The notes beneath the pieces were generated by a model. The model made no database searches. It had not been told where the DNA came from and saw only the letters and a list, made by a program, of their open reading frames with translations. Made by a program: the position numbers and the translations under genes. A stretch of DNA of 20,000 nt, taken from Catajapyx aquilonaris (lineage: Eukaryota). Positions 19,270-20,000 of the stretch are shown in pieces. The DNA lies in contig JYFJ02001969.1 of NCBI GenBank assembly GCA_000934665.2, positions 45,557 to 65,556 of the forward strand, read 5' to 3'. Numbering within the stretch: position 1 is the stretch's first letter; each line of letters starts with the position of its first letter.

Positions 19270-20000
19270 AAAGCCGAGATACAGGGTTTTGATTTGGGCC
19301 GTCAGTCATGCTCCCTGTACCTCTGTACCTTCATAGCATAGAAACAGCTCTGTGCTGGAGATTTGCTTTTCGTTTTGGTCCACACAGATATCAAATCTCT
19401 GGACATCTCTCACCTGCAATATATTGCCTCTGAGCATTCTTGCCTATTGGATTAAATCACCGATAATAATTCTCCACATAAATTTGCTAGCAAATAATAT
19501 CCGGGTTTGCTTTCTGCGTAAGCAGCGTAATTCCAGTGCAGGGCCACCTCGGGGACCATCCTACCCTGAGTCGGAAAATTTCACAACTTCACCATCACCT
19601 CCAGTAGACCAATCACGTAGCGTTGTTGTTTTTCGATGCAGCACAAGGCATCAATCTAAAGCCAATATCTCAAACCTTGTCAATTGCTTGCCCATTTTAA
19701 CACCACTCACTTCTGTTGCTCATCAGCTTAATTTTATTCCCATTTAATTAGATTAGTTAAAATGGTTGGTCACTCACTAATGAGTTATTTCGCAAACACT
19801 AAAAGCCTACTCATGGTGTCCCTAGTGTTTCTTTAATGCGTTGACAGCACCAGCTCCAAATCATTAACTCACTTCCTCTGCACTTCGCCTCGCAAGTACC
19901 CCATGGAAAATCAACCCCAATGAACATTAAAAAACACATCCCCACAACACAAACGCCGATTTCAACACCACACGATTTCCACACTCCAACCCCCCCCCCC

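Noticed and set aside
19352..19747. 131-aa plus-strand ORF
   Set aside because: Non-ATG start, no recognisable motif or splice context; probably chance or an unrecognised repeat remnant.

Overview
Eukaryotic genomic DNA, most likely an arthropod/insect (inferred from the intron-exon structure, tRNA-derived SINEs and MITE types); no prokaryotic features. Two spliced genes lie in tandem on the minus strand. (1) A large, mostly disordered, uncharacterised protein of at least ~1,160 aa whose N-terminus was not found in the window. Its coding exons are 14546-14430, 13759-12902, 11319 (or 11188)-11066, 8624-6308 and 5766-5702, followed by a long 3' UTR. (2) The first two coding exons (3205-2867, 1223-1097) of a RILP-like (RH1-domain) gene, with a compact CpG-rich promoter at ~3380-3505. 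The introns hold many small non-autonomous transposons (PIF/Harbinger-, Tc1/mariner/pogo- and hAT-type MITEs, three tRNA-derived SINE copies). The most interesting points are a NUFIP2/FAM195-like C-terminal helix plus an FxFG motif in the unknown protein, a splice-phase conflict with a candidate exon carrying an in-frame TAA followed by an in-frame ATG, M-box/CLEAR-like motifs in the RILP-like promoter, and a possible decayed OTU/vertnin-like relic. I cannot support a wholly new biological system; these are hypotheses to test.
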